From positions 70,558,001 to 70,622,000 of the forward strand of contig NC_087436.1 in NCBI RefSeq assembly GCF_036321535.1: DNA of 64,000 nt, read 5' to 3'. Position 1 is the stretch's first letter. Every line of letters starts with the position of its first letter. The stretch comes from Camelus dromedarius (Eukaryota). Below, piece after piece: positions 12,621-24,855 of the stretch. The notes under the pieces are model-generated. The model was not told the origin of the DNA. It ran no database searches and saw nothing but the letters and a program-made list of their open reading frames with translations. The position numbers and the translations under genes are program-made.

Positions 12621-14183
12621 TTTTGGTTGCATGACCATCTCTCTCCAAATTTTTTTTGGTCTCGGGTTTCCTTTTTAAAGAAAGAAAAGTATTGTATGAT
12701 GGGAAGATCTAAACTGAATCAGAAAACCTGGCTTAATGCCGGAGGCAGAGCGGGTAGCCTCTAACTGGGGCTTACCTGTGAGCCGGTCTCCCCTCTCATG
12801 CTCTTTTTGCAGCTATGTAACAAGGGATCGAGCCTGGTCCTTCCTGAGATTCCTTTCAGCTCTGTGATCCTCCAGAGCTGGTGCTTTCTTTCCCCGTTGG
12901 TAGTGTCTGTGGGATTTTGAACACTAAAGGCTTAATTTCAGTGTAGCTGTGAAATATTACTGCCTTCACTTTCCTTGCAAAGTTTTGTAGTTTATGCTTA
13001 AAGTGATCCCTGTAATGTGCACCATGTTTATGGAAACTTAATGAAGGGCATAAACCACACAGGTGTTTTCACCTGTAAATCACCTGACTGGTGATTTCCA
13101 GGCATCAGTCACAGAGCCGGCTGTGCATATACACGGATTGGCTGGAGATTACAAGGAGGGGGAGAATAGAGGGAGGCCCTGCCAGGAAGGGTAGATAAGA
13201 AACATTTTAATCCACAAGCCTCGAATTAGAGTAGGCGTTTGATAACACTTGCAGCTGATAGGCTGGGGCTGTTTGTTTATTTTTATGATCTTGTAAAATG
13301 GACTTCCCACATTGATTAAGACTTAAAGGGAAAGTGGACGGATTGTGTTTGGTAGCACTTAATTATTTTACTGTGGAACAAGGGGTTAATTATAATTACA
13401 GGGTCCATTCTGAGAGTTTTACTGAGTGGGGTTTCTGTAATTAAAAATGCTCAGAGCTAAAGGCCACTCTCAAACCAAAACATTCCTATGGGAGAAACTC
13501 TTCCTGCCTTGCTCAGGCTCTCTACTAAGTGGTCCAGTGTTATGTGACATTTACGGCATCTGTTGTCAGTGAGGCAATGTGATGGGAAGTCCTGGATTCA
13601 GCCTCTGCTTGGCTCCCAGGTAGCCGACTGTGTACAGTGTAAATCGTCAGCTTCTAGCTATGGGCTTTGAGACCAGTTCTGTGAGTGCTTGTTAGAAAGA
13701 CGGACTTCTGAGAGGCGCCATCATGCCCAAGCAAAGCTCCTTGAACTGCTGTCAATAATATTGTAATGACTTTGCATGGTGACAGACAGTTACTAGACTT
13801 ACCACGGTGAACAGTTCATAACATATATAAATGCCAGTGGGAAGAGATGGGAGTGGTTTGGAGCTGCTGTTATCCTATCAGTCCCCATCAGTTTTCCCAT
13901 CAGACTTTTGGAAAAGAAGAGCTTTTGTTTTCTTCTCCACCTTTGTATACAGAGAAGTTTGCCCGAGAGGAAGATACTGACGTGTGCTTGATGCACCCAT
14001 GCGCCTCCAATAGTGGGCCCTGGATGCGTTGTTCTGGTTCTATGCCGGGGGCAAAAGCTCTACCTGCACATCGTGAGCTGTTGTCCTGCCGTTGAATACC
14101 TTGCACAGATTCTGTGATATTTTGTCCTGAGCCCCATTCTGAACAGAGGAAATGTCGACTTGTGATGTGACATTAGAAATTTT

Positions 14184-14693
14184 TCAGAAAAGATTTTTTT
14201 AAGGCTGTTTTATTTTATTATTTTTCATTGAAACATAGTTGGCATACAATGTATTGATTTCAGGTGTACAACATAGTGAATTGGCATTTATATACATTAT
14301 GAGCCGATCACTACTGAAAGTCTAATAATTATCTGTCACCATACAAAGTTAATAAAATATCATTGACAGTATTCCCTGCACTGTACGTTACATCTCATGA
14401 CTTACTTATTTTACAACTGGAATTTTGTGCCCATTAATCCCCTTCACCCATTTTGCCCACCCTGTTACCTCCTCCCCTCTGGTGACCGCCAGTTTGTTCT
14501 CTGTATCTATGGGTCTGTTTCTGTTTTGTTTGTTCATTTGTTTTGTAGTTTCCACATATAAGTGGAATAATTTGTTATTCTTTTTCTGTCTGACTTATTT
14601 CACTTAGTGTAATACCCTCTAGATCCATCCATGTTGTTACAAATGGCAAGATTTCATTCTTTTTTATGGCTGAGTAATACTCCATTGTGTATG

Positions 14694-14726
<33 letters not shown>

Positions 14727-15548
14727 CTGTTTTATCCATTCATCTGTCAGTGGGAGCTTAGGTTGTCTCCATATCTTGGCTGCAATGCTGCAATGAACAT
14801 AGGGGTGCATACATCTTTTTGAATTAGTGTTTTTATTTTCTTTGTCTACATACCTAAAAATGGAATTGCTGGATTGCACGGTCTTTCAATTTTTGATCTT
14901 TTGGGGAACCTCTATACTGTTTTCCACAGTGGCTGTACCAGTTTACATTCCTACTTAACAGTGCATGAGGGTCCCTTTTCTCCACACCCTCACCAACACT
15001 TGTTACTTGTTGTCTTTTTGACGATAGCTATTCTGACAAGTGTGAGGTGATATCTCACTGGTTTTGATTTGCATTTGCCTGATGATTAGTAATGTTGAGA
15101 CTCTTTTCATATGTCTGTTGGCCATCTGTATGTCTTCTTTGGAAAAATGTCTATTCAGATCCTCTGCCCATTTTTAAATTGAATTGCTTGTTTTTTTTAT
15201 ATTGAGATATGTAAGTTCTTTATGTATTTTAAATATTAAGCCCTTATTGAATATATCATTTTTAAATATTGTTTCCCATTCAGTAGGTTCTCTTTTTGTT
15301 TTTTTTGATGGTTTCCTTTGCTGTGCAAAAGCTTTTTAGTTTGATGTAGTTCCATTTGTTTATTTGTGCTTTTATTGCCTTTGCCTGAGGAGACATATCT
15401 AAAAAAATATTGCTAAGACTGATGTCAGAGAGTGTACTGCCTATTTTTTTTTTTCCATGAGTTTTATGGTTTCAGGTCTTACACTTAAGTCTTTAACCCA
15501 TTTTGTGTTTATTTTTGTAAGTAGTCTGAGAAAGTGGTCCAGGCCTAA
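14184..15548 (-). mobile_element. 5'-truncated L1 (L1MA/MB-like), 3' UTR plus decayed end of ORF2
   Basis: Classic antisense L1 text (ttcattcttttttatggctgagtaatactccattgtgt; gtgtgaggtgatatctcactggttttgatttgcattt; ggccatctgtatgtcttctttggaaaaatgtctattcag; tttcctttgctgtgcaaaagctttttagtttgatgtag). Possible TSD tagaaatttt at 14174-14183 and 15549-15558. Contains a (CA)n tract near 14696-14725. Confidence 0.92.
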
Positions 15549-16302
15549 TAGAAATTTTATTTTTTTTGTAGTAAGACTGAGATATTAAAGTTTCTACAAA
15601 ATTCTGGCCAGGTTATAGTTTAAAATGACTAATAAAATATATTGGAAAGGCTTATTTGGATCTAAACAAGGAGAATAAGCCCCCTTCTTAGAAACGACTA
15701 AGGCATAATTTTGTACTTTAGTCTTTCTTTCATTGGATTAATTGGTGTTCAGATAACCTGATATGGGGAAAGGTGTATTTTCCTTTTTCTTATTATAAAG
15801 ATGATATAATATTACAGAAGAATTTCAGAAAATAGATTTAAAAATTGATAATGTCATGATGTTAAATTTTACATATTCTCTTGAAGAATTTTCATGTCAT
15901 TTGTATTTCTGGCATATTGCTGTGTTGGAATACATGACATTTTCTAATCTCCCTTTAAAAAAAAACAATTGAAAAATGTAAATTACTGACATTGTGTTGC
16001 CCATAGAAGAATGTGATTAATGTGAATGTACTATTAACTGGGACTTAAAAATTTACAAGGCATTTCTTCCTCTGTAAATATGTAATTAATACCAGAATCT
16101 TTATAACTCTCTCTTTAATGTCAGTATGCCTATACCCTGTATCTTTACCTTCACAGAAAGTGGGAAGTTGGAAATTTGGAAAATAGTACCTTGATATTAT
16201 TAACTTTGAGGATGACATTCGTAAAGTTAGAGTAAAAACTTAACTTCGTGGTCTTGTGACTGAGTTTCTTTTTGTTTTTGTTTTGCTTTGTTTTTGTATC
16301 AG

Positions 16303-16482
16303 AGATGATTGTTGACCATCAGATTGAGACAGGCCTGTTGAAACCCGACCTTAAGGATAAGGTGACCTATACTTTGCTCCGGAAGCACCGGCATCAAACC
16401 AAGAAGTCCAACCTCCGCTCCCTGGCTGACATTGGGAAGACAGTCTCCAGTGCAAGTAGGATGTTTACCAACCCTGATAATG
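16303..16482 (+). CDS. SLC4A4: SLC4A4 internal coding exon (probably exon 6): (E)[59 protein letters not shown](G)
   Basis: Long T-rich tract then tatcAG (16301-16302); donor G|GTAATG at 16483. 180 nt, phase 1-1. Joins the previous exon as G|AG = Glu. Peptide recognisable as NBCe1. Confidence 0.97.
16456..16482 (+). other. SLC4A4: Cassette I: 27-nt segment removed by an internal alternative 5' splice site (9 aa, RMFTNPDNG)
   Basis: GCAA|GTAGGA at 16455/16456 lies exactly 27 nt upstream of the main donor, in the same phase. Splicing to 53295 gives A|GT = Ser and deletes RMFTNPDNG. This matches the known NBCe1-D/-E variants lacking cassette I. Confidence 0.85.
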
Positions 16483-17700
16483 GTAATGCAGGGCCACCTG
16501 GCTGCTGCTCTCTCGCTCTCACCTCACTCACCTTTACGCCACCTCTCGTCATCTTTTCTTTTTTTTTTTTTTAAACCTCTCTTCTTGTTTCTTCTTTTCT
16601 CAAGTTCATATGCCACAGCCATTTCCTCATGACACTTTTTATCCAACTGGGCAGGTTTGCAGTCCTGTTGGAAGGATTTCAGCAGTCACTGTAGGCTGCA
16701 AATGCCAAGATGCCTTGCTTGTTCCATGCACGTCTATTGTGATTGAAATGGTTGGGTAATGACGCTGTGATGAAACAGCTGGATGTTTCCAATGACTCAG
16801 CAAACTTGTAGATTATTGAGCACACCAAGGAATACACTTTCGACATGGTGGTTTATCAGAATTGGGAGGACAGACTAAGATGTGATAAATACTCTGAAAT
16901 CTCTTGTCATGAAGTGTTTGCTTGATATAGGAGATGATGTCCGGCCTGTAAGTGATTATTCATCAAAGTAAGGGTCAGTATTATTTTTACTACTTAAAAA
17001 ACAATCTGCTCTTTTGTTATATGATACTGATAGTTAGATGGGAGAATAATTATTCAAGGTAGAATATTCACCCCCTTATATAGCAATAGGAAAGGCGTAG
17101 TGTTTTATTTATACTCTCTCGCATTTACCAGAATTTCTTATAAAATGTCTGTCTTCTGTGTCATTGTCTTTGTTTCAAATAAATTTCATGACTGGGTGCA
17201 GTCTGAGAAGGGAGAAGTTAATTTCCGTGAGGTATGGAAAATGAAGGCATGGGAGAAAGAGTTGCTAAGTATTGGGCTTGTAAAACTAGGTCGCTCTCAT
17301 TCCAGCCCCAGTCATTTTAGTATTAAGAGAAATGAGCTAAGGGAGCATCTTAATTCATTGTTCTCAGATGCACTTTCAGAATAATATATAACATGTCACA
17401 GAAAAGGTAGACTAAGTGAACTGTACAAACTGAATTCTAACTCAGTCGCTCCATTTCTGGAAATTGGGTTTTCTGGCCTTAATATTAAAATTAATAGTTG
17501 GTTGGGAGCGAGCTTACTATTAGCAAGCTTTGCTATATTTTGGAACCATTCCATGTTGCTTTTTCATGAGTGTTTAGTCATTAAGCAGAACCAAATGAAA
17601 AGTTCAGTTTTATTGAGTGACTCTTACATTGATTTAATTGCTACTTTTTTTTTTAAAGCACGACAGGTTATAAATAAATAATTAATAAAAATGCTCTTTA

Positions 17701-17833
17701 TGGCAGCGAGGTGAGGGTATAGCTCAGTGGTAGAGTGTGTGCATAGCACGCACGAGGTCCTGGGTTTGATCCCCAGAACCTTTGTTAAAAATCAATCAAT
17801 CAATCAATCTAATGGCCATGCCCTCAACCCCCC
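17701..17833 (+). mobile_element. tRNA(Ala)-derived SINE, camelid Vic-1 type
   Basis: gagggtatagctcagtggtagag (A box)...gaggtcctgggtttgatcccc (B box), (AATC)n tract and C-rich end. TSD aaatgctcttta (17689-17700) / aaatactcttta (17834-17845). Confidence 0.85.
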
Positions 17834-19113
17834 AAATACTCTTTAAAAAACACATTCACAAAAGGAAGACTCATTCCTACAACAATTTGATGGTTCTCCC
17901 ATTACCTAGAATATTACTGCTGACTAGGAATGTTTTGGTTTTTGTGTATTTTCTGTTTTACTAATTTATTTTAAATTGCATTTTGAAGAGTTCAATGGCT
18001 GGAAATGTTATGGGATAAACCATTTGTTAAAACTGATGTCACAAACAATAATTTTAAAAACAACTCATTTTAAAAATTATGGCCATTATGGTACAAGTCT
18101 GTTTTTTAATCTTTATTATCCTCTTTCTCACACAGAGTGAAATTTTGTGATTTGGAGATTTATTTTTTTCTCATAAAGTTGGTGGTAGTATAAGGAAGCA
18201 AGGTGTGCACTGTTTTCAGATACTGCTATATCTGCAAAGGGAAGAGGTAGGAACATGGCAGAGCGAGCGAGGGTGCCTTCTACCAGTATGGTGTGAGCTC
18301 CGTTTTCATGCACATGTAGCTGGAGTAGAAATTAGGAACAGATGGGTCTTGGAGGCCAGTATCTTGGGCTTTAGGGGAGGGCATTTGGATGTGGAATACA
18401 GCCAGTGGGTTGATACTGCTCATTGTTCAATCTTTCATCCTGTCAGTAGATCTCTGTATTTCAGAGGAAAGTTGAATTGCCTCCATCACTCACCTTCTCA
18501 CATGTGAAATGCCATAGATGCTGGAGAGAAAGCAGGTTGGAAAGGCAGGCAGTTCTTTTCCTTTGGCTCTTCAGCTGATCAGCTTACACCCTGAAGCATG
18601 GAATATGATTAGGCCTTTTAAAAGATGTTATTATTGGCCTCTGTGCTCCCTAACTCCTTTTAAATATCCGGAGGCAAGATTTGGCTTTGAGAGATTCTGT
18701 AGTAATGAGTTTCATGTGCCTCCAAGGTACATGATTATAAATTATCAGATGGCAAATTTTTGGTTTTCTAGGGGCACTTGTTCTTAACTTGCAAGTTTAT
18801 ACAGTTATCTTTATATGTTAGGACTTAAATACTTAGTATCTTTAACAATGATGAAATGTTCTCAGGATAAAATTCTAAAAGAATTATAGAACTTTTGCTA
18901 CTACTTTAATAAATCAGTCTTATATCTATTGTAGTTGGAGCTAAATTCTAATATCCCCATGTACGAACCTAAATAAACCTCGATCACCTTAGCTTTCTAT
19001 CGTAGGCTGCAAAGTAGACTCAGGATGCTGCCAGCTTTAGTCATGGCAGCAACAGTGCAGTGAAGAGCTGGGATTTATGGAGACGCTCCCGAACTGGACA
19101 TTGTCTCATTCAC

Positions 19114-20356
19114 CTGTGGTGTGCTGGAGCCACCTCTTTATACTCAGAAGAGTCAGTTGTTATCAGGAATTTTGATGGCTCGTTGTTAAACACAACTGCT
19201 ATTAAAAATTAAATTATATAAACATGCAGTTAGATAATGATATTAAAAACAATGGTAATAATTTCAAAATTCATTATCTCCTACTTGTTTTACTGTAGGC
19301 TACACTCTTCAGGTTACTTCCTTGCATTGTGTCTGTGTGGGAGAAATGCTGTAAAACAGTGTGCTGCCATCACCTCTTCCCAGCTCTGCATTCAGGGACC
19401 TCATTTTGGAAGCTTGGAATCAGGCATGACGGTAGTATCTACACCATAGAAATCAGCAAACGCTACACATCAGGGCTTAATATATTGTTCGGTCAATTGC
19501 TTCTAGGCTTAAAAAAGGGATAGAGAAAATGCTAATAATGCAGATGAAACCTTAAAATTATTCAGTGTCTATAGCTGTTGTCTTAGCTTGGGTTCCCATA
19601 ACACACTGCCATGGACTGGTATAAACCTTAAACAACAAGGATTTATTTCTCACAGTCTTGGAGGCTGGGAAGTCCAAGATCAAAGTGCCACAAAAGTCGT
19701 TCTTGGTGAGGGTCCTCTTCTTGGCTTGTAGATGGTCACCTTCTCATTGTATCTTCACATGGTGGAGAGAGATTGATCATCTTTCTCCTGTTTGTTCTTA
19801 TAAGGGTCCTAATTCCATTCATGAAGGCTCTGCCCTCAATGCCCCACCTCCTAATATCATTACATTGGGGGTTAGGATTTCAACATATGCGTTTTGGGAG
19901 AACACAAACATTCAGTCCCTAACAGCTGTTAAAATGTGACTAGTGCAAGGACTTGAGGAATTATTCTTTCACTATCCAAAAACCATCACCCACTTTAGCA
20001 AAGGGGTCACCTACATTGCTGACAATTGAGTGAACTCTGACACACGCCTTCACTGTTTCACTTTTGCCTTACTCATTCACATATATGATAATGGACGTTC
20101 AACATGGATGTTGGACCTATGCTTGTTTGCCATTTGCAACCCTAAGTTGGCTACTAATAAAAGAGTGGTAAAAATCAACATGCATTCTGTGAGAAATCAG
20201 CTGGCTATATGCAGTTTACAGTACTGTATATTTATTATTTATACGTGTGCTGTACGTCTTTTATATCAGTAAAGTTTACTACACACACACACCGCCCCCA
20301 ACACACACATTTTCCCCCCAGAGCTTATTTTCAAATATTTCCCAGCACACCCACTA
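19114..20356. mobile_element. hAT DNA transposon, MER63-like, split by an MLT1A LTR
   Basis: Terminal inverted repeats ctgtggtgtgctgg / ccagcacacccacta; internal text resembles MER63; about 900 bp after removing the nested LTR. Confidence 0.75.
19579..19924 (-). mobile_element. MLT1A-type (ERVL-MaLR) solo LTR
   Basis: TG...CA ends; perfect 5-bp TSD gctgt (19574-19578, 19925-19929); motifs tttatttctcacagtcttggaggctgggaagtccaagatcaa and ggggttaggatttcaacatatg. Confidence 0.92.
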
Positions 20357-20725
20357 CCGCCCACCACTGGCTATCTGTGGCTAAAGACTGTCTCTACTTT
20401 TTAGGGTCCTGATGTGGCTTTAGATGCAAGATGATTTAATATTTTTAAAAAGAAATGAAAAACGTTTTTATTTGTGATAAATCAGGGAAGAGTCAGGCTA
20501 GCTTCCAAGTTGTTAATTACTATGAAATAGCCACTTATCTGAGATACCTGTGAATTCTGGTGGACATGTCTGCCAGGTACTAAATTTTAGGCAAGTGGTG
20601 TATTTTCTCAATGTATTAATTGAGGCATTTCTGTGGAGTTAGTGTTGCATGAAGAAACCAAGTAGATTTTCATTTCCTCTAGTGTTAGATTTTTCTTCAC
20701 CTACTCTCTTTCTCTTTGTATTATT

Positions 20726-20805
20726 TTAGGTTGAATCATATGAGATTGCTATTTTTTATGGGTAAAATAAAGTTGACTATCGGCAATTTCATTGGTTCCA
20801 GTTAA
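20726..20805. mobile_element. MADE2-like mariner MITE (80 bp)
   Basis: Degenerate TIRs ttaggttgaatcatatgagattgc ... gcaatttcattggttccagttaa. Confidence 0.75.
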
Positions 20806-21414
20806 TGCCTTGGTCTGAGATACTTAGATAATAGTTCTGTACTATTTTAGTTTACTATGAACGAATAACATTGAAGCCCAGGAACATTCCTTTGTAATAT
20901 TTAAAAATCAAATAGGATGTATTTAGTTTGTATTTTATTAGAAAGTGAAAGTAAAGCTTCTACCTAATGTGTATTCAGTGAATAAATACTTAGCAAGATG
21001 TTTCTGACAAGGTTACCGGGTAACTCTGTTAAAAAGTCATGTTTTACAGGATTATCTGACTTTTGAAAATATCATTTAGCATTTAAAGAGATACTTTTGA
21101 TATGTAGTGTCTAATCTTACAAAAGATAAAAACAAGACCCAATTTAGGGACCCAAGAACCTTAATTTGAGGATTCAGTTTTCACTACCTTTGTGGAGATT
21201 CGGGCACAGCCATCATGAATTTGTCCCTGGTCTTTTCCTGACTTCATTTTATCCCATGAAAACCCTTGCCCTCTGTGGTCTGGGAGTACAGGTGCCCTTT
21301 ACTGAAAAGTGACTTTGTTGATCTAATTGGACCTAGATTATGAATTTCATTTTTCCCAATCCAATTTTATGACCCCAATTTTCATTAGATTTTTTCAATA
21401 AAAAATTGGAAAGG

Positions 21415-21530
21415 TAATTTACTACTTAGTTTCTATGTCTGTAAAACAGAGATAATGAAAATTAAATGAGATAATGAATGTAAAATGTTTAGAATGGTAA
21501 CTGCACATAGTAATCACTCAACAAATAATA
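21415..21530 (+). mobile_element. MIR fragment
   Basis: ttagtttctatgtctgtaaaacagagataat...attaaatgagataatgaatgtaaaatgtttagaa...cacatagtaatcactcaacaaat. Confidence 0.7.
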
Positions 21531-22199
21531 TTAAATTATATGTAATAAGTTTAAGCACATTTAAGGAAGAAAAAAATCTCATATCGAGTAAGAGTATTTT
21601 CTGGAATGATATTTGCTCTGTAACTTACTATTGGGGAAGAATCTCATGGACGTAGTGCTGATTTGTTTCCTCTGTCCTTTGGTGATACCAATACCATTTC
21701 ATTAGCAATGGGAGAGGAGAAAACCCTTTCTCATTACAGCCCTCTTGCGGAAGAATCTGTCCCCATCATTGATTTTTTCCCCCCTTTGCTGGCAGGAAAA
21801 CCCTAAACCACACTGAGAATCCAAGATTCAGTAAAGCCACTCCAGCAGGTAGATGAGGATTTGGAAAAGGTGGCAGCTCCAAGCCAGGGCAGCTGGCTCT
21901 GGGGCCTCATGCTGCCTCATGCAGACTTTCTCCTGGTGCGCTATGGCCTCTTCGGTAGTTACGGGAACTCAGGGCCTGCTCCTGATTAAAACTCCAAATT
22001 TTATCTCAGTTTACTACTTCCTTTGTTCCTTTCAGGTATGAGAAATGCAGCCCACTTGCTCCCACCGCTTGTCGCCACCACTTACTTTCTCCCCAGATTC
22101 CTCTTTTCAGTGTTATCTTCCCGACAGGAGGCTGCTTGCTAGCAATTTCCCACACTGCTCTTTCTGACATAAATACACAATACCTTTAGATATTTTTAT

Positions 22200-22426
22200 T
22201 TCTTGATTATTTTTTCTTTTTCTTTTAATAACAGCTTTATTTTTTTCCCATTAAAAAAAAATTGAAGTAGAGCTGATTTACAGTGTTGTATTAGTTTCTG
22301 GTGCACAGTGTAGTCATTCAGTTACACATATATATACACATCTTCTTTTTCATTACAGGTTACTGCAAGCCATTGGATCTAGTTCCCTGTGCTGTGCAGT
22401 AGGACCTTGTTGTTTACTTGTTCTGT
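22200..22426 (-). mobile_element. 5'-truncated L1 3' end with TSD
   Basis: ttgaagtagagctgatttacagtgttgtattagtttctggtg...ttccctgtgctgtgcagtaggaccttgttgttt; flanked by atacctttagatatttttat (22180-22199) and atacctttaggtatttttat (22427-22446). Confidence 0.88.
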
Positions 22427-24709
22427 ATACCTTTAGGTATTTTTATAAGTGTAGTCTATTGCTACTCTCTTAGGTGACATAGATGGTAGTTAGCAACATA
22501 GAATGAACAATGGAAAGAAATCAGTTTTTTCCTGTTAGTAATTCTCGGCTCCATTGAAGTGTAAATTGGGATTAGCGTGGCTCTTGTTGCTTTGCACCTG
22601 ATTGGAGGCTAGGCACATTCCATCTGTTTGGTTTGGGTGCTGGATCAAGCTGCCTAGATGCTGGCACATGGTCGCTCTTGCTGGGACCCCCGCCAGATTT
22701 GGCAGCCTTCTTAGTTCTCTTGGGCAGTCTTAGCTTTTGTGTGGGTTTCAGATTCCAGCCTATCCCAGTTATCTCTGGCTGGGTTATTCTCCTTTGCTGT
22801 TCCTCTTTCTCCCCGTACCCTTGAATTCAGACTTGGTCCCTGAATCTATGGGTAAGGCAGATGTTTTGCTAATTTCCCTCAAGGAGTCTGTTCCAGATGG
22901 AGGTACCATGCTTCTCAGGTTCTGAGATGGGTCAACTGACAGGCTCACATCCCATTCAGAGGAGAGCCCTCTTCCCAGGTGCTTTCCTGCATACAATCAG
23001 CTCATTCCAAAAACCGACAGTACATATCCATCTGTTTTGTTCAGAACTCTAATTCTCCATTCGTTTGCACAGCACAGATGAATGTCCTGGCCAGAATTCA
23101 ATGAATGACCAAGCTCTTCTCAGCCTTAGATTAAATGAACCTTTCCATGGAAAGTTTCTAGAAAAACGCCTAAATAAAAGTGTCCTTTAATAATAGTAAT
23201 GAAATAACACAAGTAGTTCTAATTCATGTATCAGACAGCATTCTTATTTTTTTTCTTTACCCCAGGCAGGTGACTGATCTTCCAGATTTATAATGTTCAG
23301 ATCTTTAAATAAACAATAACACATTTTTCTCCAAGGGTCGTACCCTCCTGGCATTTGCTAGTCTAGTCTGCTCTTCACGGCAATGAAGAATAGGCTTAAG
23401 AGATACCACAAGGGAGTATTTAGCTTTTGATATTGAAGGCCTGCTTTATAATCTTCTCCTTGAAAACATGGCTGCATCTTTTCCAAAGGCTTCATTCTAA
23501 TCCTGGAGTAACACTTAGCGCAGTATGAGTTTGAGCAATTTATATCATCTCCTTGAGCCCCAGTTTCTTTATCTGTAAAATAAGGGTGGTAATGTCTTGT
23601 TCTATGTATACAGCCAGAAGTATATGAGATACCTTTGTGAGAATTATTTAATAATGTGAGGTATCATTGCAAAGAACAGCTATTATTCAGAAATATTTTA
23701 AGGGGAAAACTTAGTGCCTTTCAGACTTAAAACTTAAGACAGAGCTTCAACTTACCACCCTTATTTTGTATTCTCTTATTATCTGTGTCTTTCCATCCCC
23801 CACCTCCACTTCTCCATATATGAAAACATTCTTGGAGCTTTATTTTTAAAACAGTGCTACTTTCATTATCAACTTTACAGATGCCAAATAATATACAAGG
23901 AGGTACCACTCATGGGCTTTATAATATTTTTGACTTAGAGTATAAAGGTTCATTAGTATGTCTGAGCAATGACAGTTCTTAGCTCTCAATAAAATATATA
24001 GAGCAGGATGTTGCCATGAAATAAACATATTTAAAAATTTTGTTAATTGCCAGTGTGTTTTCCATAACTGGGGTCTGTGATGGAGTAAAAGAACAGAATG
24101 ATTCTTTGTCTTCTCGTATCACATATGAATCATCTCATCTTCTTTCTTTCTTTCATTGGAGAAGAGCCCTTCACTGATTTTCTGCTGCCAACCTGGAGTA
24201 AATCTTCTTCTGAGACTTGAGATCCTTGATAGAGCTGCTATTGTGAAGCCTTGTTTCCCCGGCCTCAGCGCGCTCTAAGAGCAGACAGGAGAGGAGCTGT
24301 AGATCCTGGTCCCTGCCTTGTTCCCTGTGAAAGAGAAATAGAGAGGGGAGGAGAGGGAAGGACAGGAAAATGTGAGGAAAGGAAGGTAGGCCAAATTGAA
24401 GCATAAGCTGTGAGTCTTATAGACTCTCTACCATGTCTCCCTCAGAGCAAAAAGGGGGAAGAAAATCAGTCTTCCAAGAATGATTAAGCGTGCCTCCTTT
24501 CACTCAAGCTCTGTTTCAGTATAAATACTAGGGACAAAAAGGAGATTTTTTTTTTTCAGGTTTGTGAACCTGATTTCCTAAAAATCACACTTGGAAGTTA
24601 AAGTTGCATTAAATTAGGCTAAGGTTACTGCTTTTCATGTTTTCCAATACCCTTCAGGATGTTGAGCAAAGGAAACGTCGTTCCATCAATGATATTAGTA
24701 GCAGTAGGC

Positions 24710-24855
24710 AACAACAATCATGCCGCCCATTAACTGAGCACCTGTTATAGACCAGGCATTGTTCTCTGTGACATTTCTAATGTGTATGTCATGATCTCCA
24801 TTTGCAGATGAAAAAACCTGAAACTCAGAAATGTAAACTAACTTACTCAAGCATA
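24710..24855 (-). mobile_element. MIR fragment
   Basis: actgagcacctgttatagaccaggcattgttct...ctccatttgcagatgaaaaaacctgaaactcagaaatgtaaactaacttactcaag. Confidence 0.7.

Noticed and set aside
14900..15540. Functional L1 ORF2
   Set aside because: 5'-truncated and decayed, with no long minus-strand ORF in the track.
17710..17782. tRNA-Ala-like gene
   Set aside because: Anticodon and T arms are degenerate, there is no proper acceptor stem or T-run terminator, and it has a SINE tail and TSD. It is a SINE, not a tRNA gene.
20726..20805. miRNA-like hairpin
   Set aside because: Explained by degenerate TIRs of a MADE2-like MITE, with many mismatches and no expression evidence.
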